A stretch of 64,000 nucleotides of DNA, taken from Clostridiales bacterium. Lineage in GTDB: Bacteria > Bacillota > Clostridia > Christensenellales > Aristaeellaceae. Position numbers and translations under genes: made by a program. Shown here one piece after another: positions 19,328 through 28,617 of this stretch (position 1 is its first letter; every line of letters starts with the position of its first letter). The stretch spans positions 2,402 to 66,401 of the forward strand of contig JAHZHZ010000007.1 of assembly GCA_019419995.1 (NCBI GenBank), written 5' to 3'. The notes below the pieces were generated by a model, which worked only from the letters and a program-made list of their open reading frames with translations, was not told where the DNA came from and ran no database searches.

Positions 19328-20431
19328 ATGATGCTGAAAAAAGCGATTGCATTGCTGCTATCCGCGCTGTTATTGGGTATCGCTCCTGCGGGGGCCACGG
19401 GTTATGACGCGATCTATAGCTCGTCCAATCCAGTACCCGATATTGCCGAAGCTGTACGACCCGCAGTGGTTCAGGTAATCTCCTATCAGGAAAACTGGGA
19501 CCCCGCCACTCGTACCGCTTCTGAGATGGAATTAAGTTCCGGTTCCGGCTGCTACATTCGCGCAGGCGAAAAGGGCGAAGGCGGATATATTTTGACCAAT
19601 TACCACATCATCGCCGACGGCGACCTGTTTCGCATTCAATGGCTCTCCGGAGAATTGATGGATGTGACTGTGGTAGGTCATGACGACGGTACGGACATTG
19701 CAATCCTTCACTTTAGCGAAGAGGTGCCTGCGGGCGTTACGGCCGTTCCCTTGGGAGATTCCGATCAGCTGCGCATCGGCGATCTGGCCATCTGCATTGG
19801 CAATCCCGGAAGCGGCGACAACGTTCTTCCCGGCACCGTGACAGTGGGAATCGTCTCCGGCCTGAGTCGCGAAGATATCAACGCAAACAATTTCACCCGG
19901 AGTGTTTCCGTCATTCAAACGGATGCAGCCATCAACACCGGCAATTCTGGCGGCGCCATGCTCAACGCTCAGGGGGAATTGGTGGGAATCCCCACGCTGA
20001 AGTTTATGTTTTCCGAAACCTCCGTCTACGAAGGTCTTGGATTCTGCATCCCCATCAATGCCGTGGTGGCTTTCATTGATCAGATTATCGAAACCGGCAG
20101 CGTCGTGCGCCCGAGACTGGGTATTACTGTGGCAGATATCGATGGCCCGGACGAGCCCATGCGCCGCTATCCTCCCATCGGAGCGCAGGTCTATACTGTG
20201 GAGGAAAACGGGCCTTCCGGGGCAGCAGGCTTGCAGGTAGGCGATGTAATCACCGAGATTAACGGTGTGCGCATTGACGGCTACATGGCTCTCTTGCGAG
20301 AGCTGGACAAGTGCCTCTCTGGCGACGAAGTGGAGCTAAAGGTCTACCGCTATTACGATGCGGAAGGCAATCTCACCGGCGATTATGAGGAACTATATTT
20401 CCAGATTAAATTGGAAATGCTGGACACATAG
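19328..20431 (+). CDS. htrA: HtrA/DegP-type trypsin-like serine protease with PDZ domain
   Basis: Start trimmed to ATG 19328 (MMLKKAIALLLSALLLG signal/anchor); TDAAINTGNSGGAM catalytic Ser motif; C-terminal PDZ (GLQVGDVITEING). Confidence 0.9.
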   Translation: MMLKKAIALLLSALLLGIAPAGATGYDAIYSSSNPVPDIAEAVRPAVVQVISYQENWDPATRTASEMELSSGSGCYIRAGEKGEGGYILTNYHIIADGDLFRIQWLSGELMDVTVVGHDDGTDIAILHFSEEVPAGVTAVPLGDSDQLRIGDLAICIGNPGSGDNVLPGTVTVGIVSGLSREDINANNFTRSVSVIQTDAAINTGNSGGAMLNAQGELVGIPTLKFMFSETSVYEGLGFCIPINAVVAFIDQIIETGSVVRPRLGITVADIDGPDEPMRRYPPIGAQVYTVEENGPSGAAGLQVGDVITEINGVRIDGYMALLRELDKCLSGDEVELKVYRYYDAEGNLTGDYEELYFQIKLEMLDT

Positions 20432-20504
20432 AGACCGTCCCCAGGAAACAGATATCGCCCGTAGTGGCAAACGAACCTCTTGCGTCACACTTCAGGGCAT
20501 CCAC

Positions 20505-20554
20505 AAAGACAAGGCATGCAGTGGAAAACTCCTTTCCCTGCATGCCTTGTTTTC
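20505..20554. terminator. Bidirectional terminator between convergent htrA and vanZ-like gene
   Basis: Perfect 13-bp stem acaaggcatgcag/ctgcatgccttgt flanked by AAAG and TTTT. Confidence 0.8.
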
Positions 20555-20555
20555 C

Positions 20556-21086
20556 CTAGTCATCCCCAGAAGTGGAGACTTCCTCGGATTTTCTTCCTTG
20601 AAAGACGCGCCCGATGCTCCAGCCCAAGATTGCCCCCAGCGTGTTGAGGAGCACGTCATCCACATCCGTTACGCCGCTCATCAAAACGTACTGAAGACTT
20701 TCAATACTCACGGAGACGACAACGCCCCACAAGGCCGCCATATAAAACCGTCGATTCGAACATAATAGTCCCAGGGGAATAAACCAGATCAGATTGCCCA
20801 CTATGTGAAAAGTCATGGGCCAAAGTCCCCTGTGAATCTCTGCCAATGTGGTGTGCAGGGGGTGCAACTGAGGTAGGGCCCGTCCCCCCTGCAATATTTT
20901 CGCCACATCTACACTGCCCCTAATCACCGTAATCTCTACCAAGGCAGAAAAATAGATTATGTAAATCAGTGTCCGTCGACAAAGCCGACGCCTGCGCAAC
21001 CAGCATATCAACATCCACAATCCGCAAATCACCGCGGCGAAGGCTGAGGCACGGATGCTGTACAGCAACGTATCTCCCGGAGTCAT
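20556..21086 (-). CDS. VanZ-family membrane protein
   Basis: 176 aa, 4-5 TM, GNLIWFIPLG and DVDDVLLNTLGAILG motifs typical of VanZ-like. Confidence 0.8.
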   Translation of the reverse strand: MTPGDTLLYSIRASAFAAVICGLWMLICWLRRRRLCRRTLIYIIYFSALVEITVIRGSVDVAKILQGGRALPQLHPLHTTLAEIHRGLWPMTFHIVGNLIWFIPLGLLCSNRRFYMAALWGVVVSVSIESLQYVLMSGVTDVDDVLLNTLGAILGWSIGRVFQGRKSEEVSTSGDD

Positions 21087-22126
21087 TGATTCAACAAACC
21101 GTGAAGGGTCTCAATCAATTGATCCACATGTTCCTCCCGAGTAGCCCAGCTGGTACAGAAGCGCACTGCGCTGTGACTTTCATCCATGCGCTGCTGATAG
21201 GAATAGCTAAATTTTCCCTCCAGTCCCCGAAGCACTTCATCCGGCAAAATGGGAAATTGCTGGTTGGTGGGACTGTTTACCAGGAAAGGAACCTTCTCTT
21301 CCTCCAGCGCATGCCTGAGCTTCATAGCCAGTCCCACGGCATGGCGAGAAAGTTCAAAATACAGATCGTCCCTTAAAAGCTCGTTAAACTGCACACCCAG
21401 CAGCCGTCCCTTGGCCAACATACCGCCCTTCTGCTTGATCACATAGCGGAAATCCTCTTTGAGCGCATCATTGAGAATCACCATGGCCTCGCCGAAGAGG
21501 GCTCCCTGCTTGGTGCCGCCAATGTAAAACGCATCGGCAGTCCGCGCCAGGAAGGGCAGATCCACGTCGCACTCTGCGGCTGCCATGGCGTAGCCCAGCC
21601 GTGCCCCATCCACGTAAAGATACAGTTTCCAGCGGTCGCAAACCTCCCTCAGGGCAATCAACTCCTCACGGCTGTAAAGTGTGCCCAGTTCCGTGGCTTG
21701 GGACAAATAGACCGCCTTGGGCATCACCATGTGTTCGTGGGCGTCATCTGAAAAATGCAGACGGCAAAACGCATCCACCTGCTGCGCGCATATTTTGCCA
21801 TTTTCCTGGGGCAAAGTGATCACCTTATGGCCGGTGGCCTCCACCGCGCCGGTCTCATGTGTGGCTATATGCCCTGTTTCCGCACAGATGACCCCCTGAT
21901 AGCTGCGCAGCGCCGCAGCCAACAGCGTAAAGTTCGCCTGAGTTCCCCCCACCAGAAACTGAACATACGCATCTGGAGCGGCGCACAGGGCACGGATACG
22001 CTCGCGAGCTTCGTCGCACACCACATCTTCGCCATACCCCGGCATCTGTTCATAATTGGTTTCCATAAGTTTCTGCAAAATGCGCGGATGGGCACACTCC
22101 TGATAATCACAATTAAAGCGAATCAT
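21083..22126 (-). CDS. ltaE: Low-specificity threonine aldolase / beta-eliminating lyase family PLP enzyme
   Basis: 347 aa; FNCDYQECAHPRIL..., LVGGTQANF, GGTKQGALFGEA (PLP Lys region); stop overlaps vanZ start (ATGA). Confidence 0.8.
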   Translation of the reverse strand: MIRFNCDYQECAHPRILQKLMETNYEQMPGYGEDVVCDEARERIRALCAAPDAYVQFLVGGTQANFTLLAAALRSYQGVICAETGHIATHETGAVEATGHKVITLPQENGKICAQQVDAFCRLHFSDDAHEHMVMPKAVYLSQATELGTLYSREELIALREVCDRWKLYLYVDGARLGYAMAAAECDVDLPFLARTADAFYIGGTKQGALFGEAMVILNDALKEDFRYVIKQKGGMLAKGRLLGVQFNELLRDDLYFELSRHAVGLAMKLRHALEEEKVPFLVNSPTNQQFPILPDEVLRGLEGKFSYSYQQRMDESHSAVRFCTSWATREEHVDQLIETLHGLLNQ

Positions 22127-22583
22127 GTTCCTCTTCCTCCAATTTTTGTATCAGTTCTCCAATGCGGCTCTCGCCGTAAATCTCAACGCCCCTACTGTGC
22201 AAAAGCGCAGCAGCCACACCATTACCCGAAATTCGCCTATGCTGAAAGCTGCCGTCATAAATTTCTCCCCAGCCACAGGAAGGGCTGCGCTCCTTGAGCA
22301 GTGCCAGCTTGGCTCCGTAAAGTTCCGCCAAGTGCACAACTTCCCGCGCCCCTCGCTCATAGGCTTCGGTTACATCCTCTCCGTCCCGGTTGATCACTCG
22401 CTCTCCCCTTCGCTCTGAAGGCGTCCGAGGTGTGGGCAAACCTCCCATTATCTCCGGGCAAACTGGAATCACTTCTGCCAGCCTCATCAGTTCCCCAATT
22501 CTTTCTATCCATCCGCCATCTCCACTGTAACGGCAATTCATACCCAATAAGCAGGCACTCGCCAATACGCACGGCCTGATCAA
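22113..22583 (-). CDS. DUF523-family protein (TudS-type thiouracil desulfidase family)
   Basis: 156 aa; ACLLGMNCRYSG, VCPEIMGGLPTPR, KERSPSCG motifs of DUF523; overlaps ltaE start by 14 nt. Confidence 0.8.
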   Translation of the reverse strand: MIRPCVLASACLLGMNCRYSGDGGWIERIGELMRLAEVIPVCPEIMGGLPTPRTPSERRGERVINRDGEDVTEAYERGAREVVHLAELYGAKLALLKERSPSCGWGEIYDGSFQHRRISGNGVAAALLHSRGVEIYGESRIGELIQKLEEEEHDSL

Positions 22584-22672
22584 CCAACATCCCCCCCTTT
22601 TTACACTTCTTTATTATACCATCTATCTCTTTCAAATGTACTTTCCACCATTGTGAAGTTTTTGAGAATGTC

Positions 22673-22701
22673 TTGACAGCATGAGTTAGGCATGCTAAAC
22701 T
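22673..22701 (+). promoter_or_regulatory. Sigma-A-type promoter of feo operon (TTGACA-17-TAAACT)
   Basis: Read directly; about 78 nt upstream of feoA ATG. Confidence 0.5.
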
Positions 22702-22778
22702 TACTTTCGTCAGGATGTTTGGTGTTCCTAACTAGCATCCAATGTGGGAAAAACGAGGAAATGAAGGAGGCGGAATTC

Positions 22779-22991
22779 ATGATGCCCCTGGCTATGGCAG
22801 AAATCGGCGAGACCAACACCATCAAGAAGATCAGTGGCCAGGATGAACTGCGCAGGCATCTGGCGGAGTTGGGCTTTGTAGTGGGTGAGGAAATTCGAGT
22901 GGTGAGCCGTCTGGGGGGAAACATTATTCTCTCAGTGAAGGACAGTCGCGTGGCGCTGGATAAATCCATGGCTCTGCGCATCATGATTTGA
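22779..22991 (+). CDS. feoA: FeoA-family protein
   Basis: AAGGAGG RBS, ATG 22779: MMPLAMAEIGETNTIKKISGQDELRRHLAELGFVVGEEIRVV... (SH3-like FeoA). Confidence 0.88.
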   Translation: MMPLAMAEIGETNTIKKISGQDELRRHLAELGFVVGEEIRVVSRLGGNIILSVKDSRVALDKSMALRIMI

Positions 22992-23005
22992 GGAGGAATG
23001 GGACA

Positions 23006-23227
23006 ATGAAGACACTCAGAGATCTAAAGGTGGGCGACTCCGGGACAATTGAACGCCTGCATGGCGAGGGTGCACTCAAGCGCCGCATCATGGACATGGG
23101 ACTCACCCGCGGCACGCAAGTCTATGTGCGCAAGGTGGCTCCACTGGGCGACCCCATGGAGTTAACCGTGCGCGGCTATGAACTTTCTGTGCGCAAAGGC
23201 GACGCAGAATTGATCGAAATTCGATAA
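23006..23227 (+). CDS. feoA: FeoA-family protein (second copy)
   Basis: GAGGAGG RBS, ATG 23006: MKTLRDLKVGDSGTIERLHGEGALKRRIMDMGLTRGTQVYV... Confidence 0.88.
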   Translation: MKTLRDLKVGDSGTIERLHGEGALKRRIMDMGLTRGTQVYVRKVAPLGDPMELTVRGYELSVRKGDAELIEIR

Positions 23228-23288
23228 GAATATTTTTTGTCCAGGTGTTAGTTTATACTAACTTTTTGATTTGAAGGAGGAAAGGCTC

Positions 23289-25628
23289 ATGTCCATAAAA
23301 ATCGCGCTGGCGGGCAATCCCAACAGCGGCAAAACTACCATGTTCAACAGCCTGACCGGGAGTAATCAATATGTCGGCAACTGGCCAGGGGTTACAGTAG
23401 AGAAAAAGGAGGGCAAGCTCAAGGGGGCGCAGGACATTCTCATACAGGACTTGCCCGGAATTTACTCCCTTTCTCCCTATACCCTGGAGGAAGTTGTGGC
23501 CCGAAATTACCTGATCAATGAAAAGCCGGATGCCATCATCAATATTGTTGATGGAACAAACATTGAACGAAACCTGTATCTGACCACTCAGTTGGCAGAA
23601 CTGGGCATTCCCATGGTCATAGCGCTGAACATGATCGACGTAGTGCGCAAGAATGGCGACCGCATTGATCTGAAAAAACTGGGAGAAGCGCTGGGATGCG
23701 AAATTATTGAAACATCCGCGTTGAAGGGAATGGGAAGCCATGAAGTGGCTCTAAAGGCAGCTCAATTGGCTGATCGGGGCGTCAGACAGGAACTGCCCCA
23801 CGTGTTTGCAGGCAGCGTTGAACATGCCCTGGCCCACATCGAGGATCTGATCACTCATCGGGATGGACAGCAGGATGTGCATCATCACCACGCAGACGGG
23901 AGCACCCACGAAGGCTCCATCGTTGCGGAGCACCTATCCCGTTGGTACGCCATCAAGCTCTTTGAGCGAGATGAAAAGGTGTTGGCAGAACTGAACCTTC
24001 CCAAGGGCATACAGGACGCCATTGAAGAAACCATTCGCGCCTGCGAAAAAGAGATGGACGATGACAGCGAATCCATTATTACCAATCAACGCTATGCGTG
24101 GATCAGCCGCATCGTTTCCAACTGCGTTAAAAAGAACAATGCGCGGGGTTCCCTGAGTCGTTCCGACAAGATTGACCGCATTGTCACCAACCGCGTGTTG
24201 GCTTTACCCATCTTCGTGGCCGTCATGTTCCTGGTATACTACATATCCGTATCCACCATCGGCACCATCGTCACCGACTTTACCAACGACACCTTTGTGG
24301 CTGCCTGGATTCAGGAACCAGTCATGGCCTGGCTGGAGCGCATCGGCTGTGCCGGTTGGCTGGTAGGCCTGATTGGCGATGGCATCATCGGAGGAGTGGG
24401 CGCCGTACTGGGCTTTGTGCCCCAGATGCTGGTCCTGTTTTTCCTGTTGGCCATATTGGAAGACGTGGGTTACATGGCCCGCATTGCATTTATCATGGAC
24501 CGTATTTTCCGGAAGTTTGGCCTATCCGGCAAGAGCTTTATCCCCATGCTGATTTCCTCTGGCTGTGGCGTTCCCGGCGTTATGGCCAGCCGCACCATAG
24601 AGCAGGACCGCGACCGGAAAATGACCATCATGACCACCACCTTCATCCCCTGCGGCGCAAAAATGCCCATCATTGCACTGATTGCAGGCGCGCTGTTTCA
24701 CAATGCAGGCTGGGTGGCCACCGCCGCCTACTTTATCGGCGTGGCGGCCGTCATTACATCGGGCATCATGCTCAAAAAAACCAGACCCTTCGCAGGCGAC
24801 CCGGCGCCGTTCGTTATGGAACTCCCGGCCTACCACGCCCCTTCATGGAAGAACGTGCTGCACAGCATGTGGGAGCGCGGCTGGAGCTTCATCAAGCGTG
24901 CGGGTACCGTGATTCTTCTCTCCTCAATACTCATCTGGCTGACCTCCAATTATGGCTGGGCGCCCGCGAAGGTTGATTCCGCCATCGAAGGAGACGCCAT
25001 TGCCACAACCGAAACGACAAGCGCTTCCCAAGGTGAAAAGATGGTATTTGGCGCCGTAGAAAACAGCGATCAAAGCATTCTTGGCCGCGTAGGCAGCTGG
25101 GTGGCACCGGTATTTGATCCCCTTGGCTTCGGTGACTGGAAACCCACCGTTGCCACTGTCATGGGGCTGGTAGCCAAGGAAGAAGTGGTCAACGTCTTTG
25201 GAATCCTCTATGAAACTGACTCGGAAGAAATGGACACCGCCACATTGCTGGAAGAAGGCGATGCACAGCGGATTGAAGCTGGGCTTTCCCCCATCGCTCA
25301 GGGCTTTGACGAAACCAGCAATGGACACGGTAGACTTGCCGCTTTTGCGTTCATGCTCTTTAATCTGCTGTGCGCCCCCTGTTTCGCGGCCATGGGCGCC
25401 ATTAAGCGGGAAATGAACAACGCCAAGTGGACATGGTTTGCCATCGGCTATCAGTGTCTGTTCGCCTACGCGGTAGCCCTGATGGTCTATCAGCTCGGTC
25501 TGCTATTCAGCGGCGCGGGAATTACCTTTGCGACCTTTATTGCCCTGCTGGTTTTAAGTTTCATGCTATACATGCTGTTGCGCCGCAACCGCTACGATGA
25601 AAATCATTTAGTCCGGAAAATCAAGTAA
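23289..25628 (+). CDS. feoB: Ferrous iron transporter FeoB
   Basis: MSIKIALAGNPNSGKTTMFN G-domain, DLPGIYSL, polytopic C-terminal permease; start trimmed to ATG 23289 (GAAGGAGG RBS). Confidence 0.95.
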   Translation: MSIKIALAGNPNSGKTTMFNSLTGSNQYVGNWPGVTVEKKEGKLKGAQDILIQDLPGIYSLSPYTLEEVVARNYLINEKPDAIINIVDGTNIERNLYLTTQLAELGIPMVIALNMIDVVRKNGDRIDLKKLGEALGCEIIETSALKGMGSHEVALKAAQLADRGVRQELPHVFAGSVEHALAHIEDLITHRDGQQDVHHHHADGSTHEGSIVAEHLSRWYAIKLFERDEKVLAELNLPKGIQDAIEETIRACEKEMDDDSESIITNQRYAWISRIVSNCVKKNNARGSLSRSDKIDRIVTNRVLALPIFVAVMFLVYYISVSTIGTIVTDFTNDTFVAAWIQEPVMAWLERIGCAGWLVGLIGDGIIGGVGAVLGFVPQMLVLFFLLAILEDVGYMARIAFIMDRIFRKFGLSGKSFIPMLISSGCGVPGVMASRTIEQDRDRKMTIMTTTFIPCGAKMPIIALIAGALFHNAGWVATAAYFIGVAAVITSGIMLKKTRPFAGDPAPFVMELPAYHAPSWKNVLHSMWERGWSFIKRAGTVILLSSILIWLTSNYGWAPAKVDSAIEGDAIATTETTSASQGEKMVFGAVENSDQSILGRVGSWVAPVFDPLGFGDWKPTVATVMGLVAKEEVVNVFGILYETDSEEMDTATLLEEGDAQRIEAGLSPIAQGFDETSNGHGRLAAFAFMLFNLLCAPCFAAMGAIKREMNNAKWTWFAIGYQCLFAYAVALMVYQLGLLFSGAGITFATFIALLVLSFMLYMLLRRNRYDENHLVRKIK

Positions 25629-25640
25629 GGAGGTTTATCA

Positions 25641-25796
25641 ATGGCCACATGGATTGTGGGCGGCATAGTCGCCTTGGCAGTCGGCGCCGCGGTATGGAAA
25701 ATCATCCACGATAAGCGCGCCGGCAAAGGCAGCTGCAGTTGCGGCGGAGATTGCTCGCACTGCCATGGCTGCTCCGGAAATTATCCCCGCAAATGA
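25641..25796 (+). CDS. FeoB-associated Cys-rich membrane peptide (51 aa, not in ORF track)
   Basis: AAGGAGG RBS 8 nt upstream; MATWIVGGIVALAVGAAVWKIIHDKRAGKGSCSCGGDCSHCHGCSGNYPRK; coordinates anchored on feoB stop 25626-28 and MATE stop 25837-39. Confidence 0.8.
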   Translation: MATWIVGGIVALAVGAAVWKIIHDKRAGKGSCSCGGDCSHCHGCSGNYPRK

Positions 25797-25800
25797 AGCC

Positions 25801-25837
25801 AAAGAGCGGAGGCCGATGTTTCGACCTCCGCTCTCTT
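25801..25837. terminator. Bidirectional terminator hairpin between feo operon and convergent MATE gene
   Basis: 10-bp stem agagcggagg/cctccgctct (25803-12 / 25825-34). Confidence 0.65.
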
Positions 25838-27198
25838 TACTCCTTCATGACAGCTGGATGACCATGCAACAGTCTTTTCTGCATGATAAAATAGCTGGGT
25901 AAAAGAATGCAGTCCGCGCCAGTCCATGCCAGAATTTCCGCCCAGAATACACCAGTGTAGCCGATCAACCCGGGCAAATACAGCGCCGCACCCGTTCGCA
26001 TCATAAATTCCGCCACGCCGGAAAGCATAGGCATAAAGCCGTTGCCCATGCCCTGAAGCGCCGAACGATAGATATGCAAAAGATAGAGAATGGGCAGACA
26101 AGCGCTCATCAAGTACAGGTATTGGCAGGCAATGGAAGTTGCCTCAGCAACTTCTTCAGGGGTACCGGAAATAAAACTGCCCACAATATAGCGGCCCAGT
26201 AAAAACATCGTCCCAGCAATGAGCCCTGCAGTAATCACCCCTGTAATAGCCGCGGCACGCACACCACTGCGAATGCGTTCAACCTTTCCAGCGCCTAAAT
26301 TTTGTCCGGCGTAGGTAGTCATCGCGTAGCCGTAGGAAATGGCGGCCACTTCCAATACTCCGTAGAGCTTATTGGTAGCCGTATACCCCGCAATAAAGGC
26401 CACGCCCATGCCATTGACAATGCACTGAACAATCATTCCGCCCACGCCAATAACTCCGTTTTGGGCGGCCACCGGAATGCCCAGCTTTAAAAGCTCTCCA
26501 CATACCCTGGGTTCCAGGCGCAGATCTTTTCTTTCCGGACGGATAAAATGAATTTTGCCAAGCCGGTAAAGACAAAACAGGAAGGAACCCAACTGCGCAA
26601 TCACCGTGGCAACAGCCGCTCCCAATACTCCCCAGCCAAATACCGCAACAAACAGCAGATCCAGGCCAATATTCAAAGCTGCGGCCACCACCATGGCATA
26701 CAGGGGAGATCGTCCGTCCCCCAGGGCACGGAGTATGCCGGCAGTAAAATTATATCCCATGACTACCGGATAAGCAGCGAATAGCACTTTCAGGTAAGCT
26801 ACAGATGTGGGGCGAATCTCCAGAGGCGTATTCATAAGTCCCAACACGGGACGGATGGACGCGAGAGCAATCAGAGTGATGGCCAACCCGGTAATGATGG
26901 CCAAAATAATGCCATTTCCAACGCACCTGCGCAGCCTAGGATGGTCTTCCGCTCCAAAAGCCTGGGCCATGGGGATGGCAAATCCCTGGGCCAAACCCTG
27001 AATTATGCCCAGGTACAACCAGTTGAACCAGTCCGAGGCTCCCACTGCAGCCAACGCGGAAACGCCTTCGAATCCGCCCACTACCCGGGCATCCACCACG
27101 GTATAAAGCTGTTGAAAGACATTGCCCAGCATCAGCGGAAAGGCCACCGATAAAATCAAGCGAATCGGGTTCCCCTCCGTCATATTGCGCACGCGCAT
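25837..27198 (-). CDS. MATE-family efflux transporter
   Basis: 453 aa, 12 TM; EGNPIRLILSVAFPLMLGNVFQQLYTVVDARVVG N-terminus typical of MATE/DinF. Confidence 0.9.
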   Translation of the reverse strand: MRVRNMTEGNPIRLILSVAFPLMLGNVFQQLYTVVDARVVGGFEGVSALAAVGASDWFNWLYLGIIQGLAQGFAIPMAQAFGAEDHPRLRRCVGNGIILAIITGLAITLIALASIRPVLGLMNTPLEIRPTSVAYLKVLFAAYPVVMGYNFTAGILRALGDGRSPLYAMVVAAALNIGLDLLFVAVFGWGVLGAAVATVIAQLGSFLFCLYRLGKIHFIRPERKDLRLEPRVCGELLKLGIPVAAQNGVIGVGGMIVQCIVNGMGVAFIAGYTATNKLYGVLEVAAISYGYAMTTYAGQNLGAGKVERIRSGVRAAAITGVITAGLIAGTMFLLGRYIVGSFISGTPEEVAEATSIACQYLYLMSACLPILYLLHIYRSALQGMGNGFMPMLSGVAEFMMRTGAALYLPGLIGYTGVFWAEILAWTGADCILLPSYFIMQKRLLHGHPAVMKE

Positions 27199-27432
27199 AA
27201 CAACACTCCTTGCCTCACGCTTCCATCATTACATTTAATGCAGCATGAGGAGACTTTGCATTTACAAATTGAATCTCAGCTCTCGCTTTTTCCCTCGACG
27301 CTTTTATCGGTACCCAAAGCCATTTTGCAAAATACAAATTATTCTGCTCACGAACAGATGGGAAATATAATCTTCTCTTTGGATAACCTTCTCCTTACTC
27401 AACATTTCAGAAGAACAAAAGCATTGCGTCGA

Positions 27433-28104
27433 TCACTCATCAAAAAAGGTTTCAGATTTTCTACCCAACCGCGCTCCATTTTTTCTCACAAATGCTTCTG
27501 CTGCGCCGGTCCAGAGATTGTGTTTGCCTCGGAAGAGTCCGGACGCCAGCGGAAGATAAGCGAGCGTACCGATCAGGCAGACGATCATATCCTGCATTGT
27601 ATCGTTGATACCCGTCGAAGCAACATTCTGTACATCCCTCCCCGTGATGGCATGCACAAAATATTCACTCACTTCCCAAAGTCCAGCCACAGCCATGGAG
27701 CCAAGAAAGATAAACAGCAGCGCAAGCAACCGTTCCTGACGCTCCAACGGACCTTCATGCCGAATGACCAGATATAATCCAAGGCACAGAGAACTAACAA
27801 AAGTGCCTGAAAGCATGTGCACAAATTTATCATAATACGGGATTAACTTGTAAAACTCCAGCACCGATCCCAGGGTATGCCCCAGAAGGGAAAACAGCAG
27901 GACGATAAAGTTAAATTGATGCACCGGTTTCAAATGAAATATGCCATAAAAGATCACCAATCCCACCGGCAATACCAACGTACCCAGGGCCGTCCAAAGA
28001 TGATAACTATCCTGTCGCACGCCATAATAAATAGCCGAAGCAATGCTCAATAATAAATAGCATGGCACAAAAACCCGGTTAATTCGAGCAAATCTTTCTT
28101 CCAT
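27433..28104 (-). CDS. Polytopic membrane protein, unknown function (possibly DUF2238/YjdF-like)
   Basis: 223 aa, about 6 TM; YDKFVHMLSG and WEVSEYF motifs; family call is weak. Confidence 0.6.
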   Translation of the reverse strand: MEERFARINRVFVPCYLLLSIASAIYYGVRQDSYHLWTALGTLVLPVGLVIFYGIFHLKPVHQFNFIVLLFSLLGHTLGSVLEFYKLIPYYDKFVHMLSGTFVSSLCLGLYLVIRHEGPLERQERLLALLFIFLGSMAVAGLWEVSEYFVHAITGRDVQNVASTGINDTMQDMIVCLIGTLAYLPLASGLFRGKHNLWTGAAEAFVRKNGARLGRKSETFFDE

Positions 28105-28328
28105 ATGTACTACTCCTCTTTAGTTTTAATATTGGCCCCACAAGCGCACGCAAAAAAGCCGTGAAGTTCTGCTCTCCATGCTTTACATTTATACATTCAA
28201 TGTTGGACAGGGCAATTTATCCTAGCATAGTTTCACCAGGATGTAAAGTCCCCATCCCATATGGTTCTCATTGACCTTCAAAATCCATTTTGAACAATCA
28301 AAATTCTCATGTCGTTCCAGACTTCTTC

Positions 28329-28358
28329 TTGACAAAATATATTGGCACATGCTATACT
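28329..28358 (+). promoter_or_regulatory. Sigma-A-type promoter of SCIFF operon (TTGACA-18-TGcTATACT)
   Basis: Read directly, anchored on track ORF start 28342. Confidence 0.6.
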
Positions 28359-28425
28359 AATGCTAATTGATAGCTTGCTTGGAATAGGTATTCCAGAGCA
28401 TTCGATAGAATGGAGAGATATCAAA

Positions 28426-28572
28426 ATGAAAAGAATTCAAACCATCGAAACTCGTGATCTGAACAAGAGCGCTGTCACTGGCGGTTGCGGCGAGTGCCAG
28501 ACCTCCTGCCAGTCCGCCTGCAAGACCTCCTGCGGCGTGGCCAATCAGAAGTGCGAGAATAAAAACAAGTAA
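28426..28572 (+). CDS. SCIFF six-cysteine ranthipeptide precursor (48 aa)
   Basis: Internal ATG of 76-aa track ORF after GGAGAG RBS: MKRIQTIETRDLNKSAVTGGCGECQTSCQSACKTSCGVANQKCENKNK, close to the SCIFF consensus GGCGECQTSCQSACKTSC. Confidence 0.93.
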   Translation: MKRIQTIETRDLNKSAVTGGCGECQTSCQSACKTSCGVANQKCENKNK

Positions 28573-28592
28573 TCTACAATGGCCATTAAAAG

Positions 28593-28617
28593 TGCCGCCC
28601 TTACCGGCGGCATTTTT
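28593..28617 (+). terminator. Intra-operon hairpin plus U-tract between SCIFF precursor and maturase (partial terminator/attenuator)
   Basis: tgccgcc-cttacc-ggcggca followed by ttttt; 20 nt before maturase ATG. Confidence 0.6.

Noticed and set aside
28342-28425. The 76-aa version of the SCIFF ORF starting at TTG 28342
   Set aside because: That start lies inside the promoter spacer/-10 region (28335-28358) and lacks an RBS. The internal ATG at 28426 has a GGAGAG RBS and yields the canonical 48-aa SCIFF peptide.
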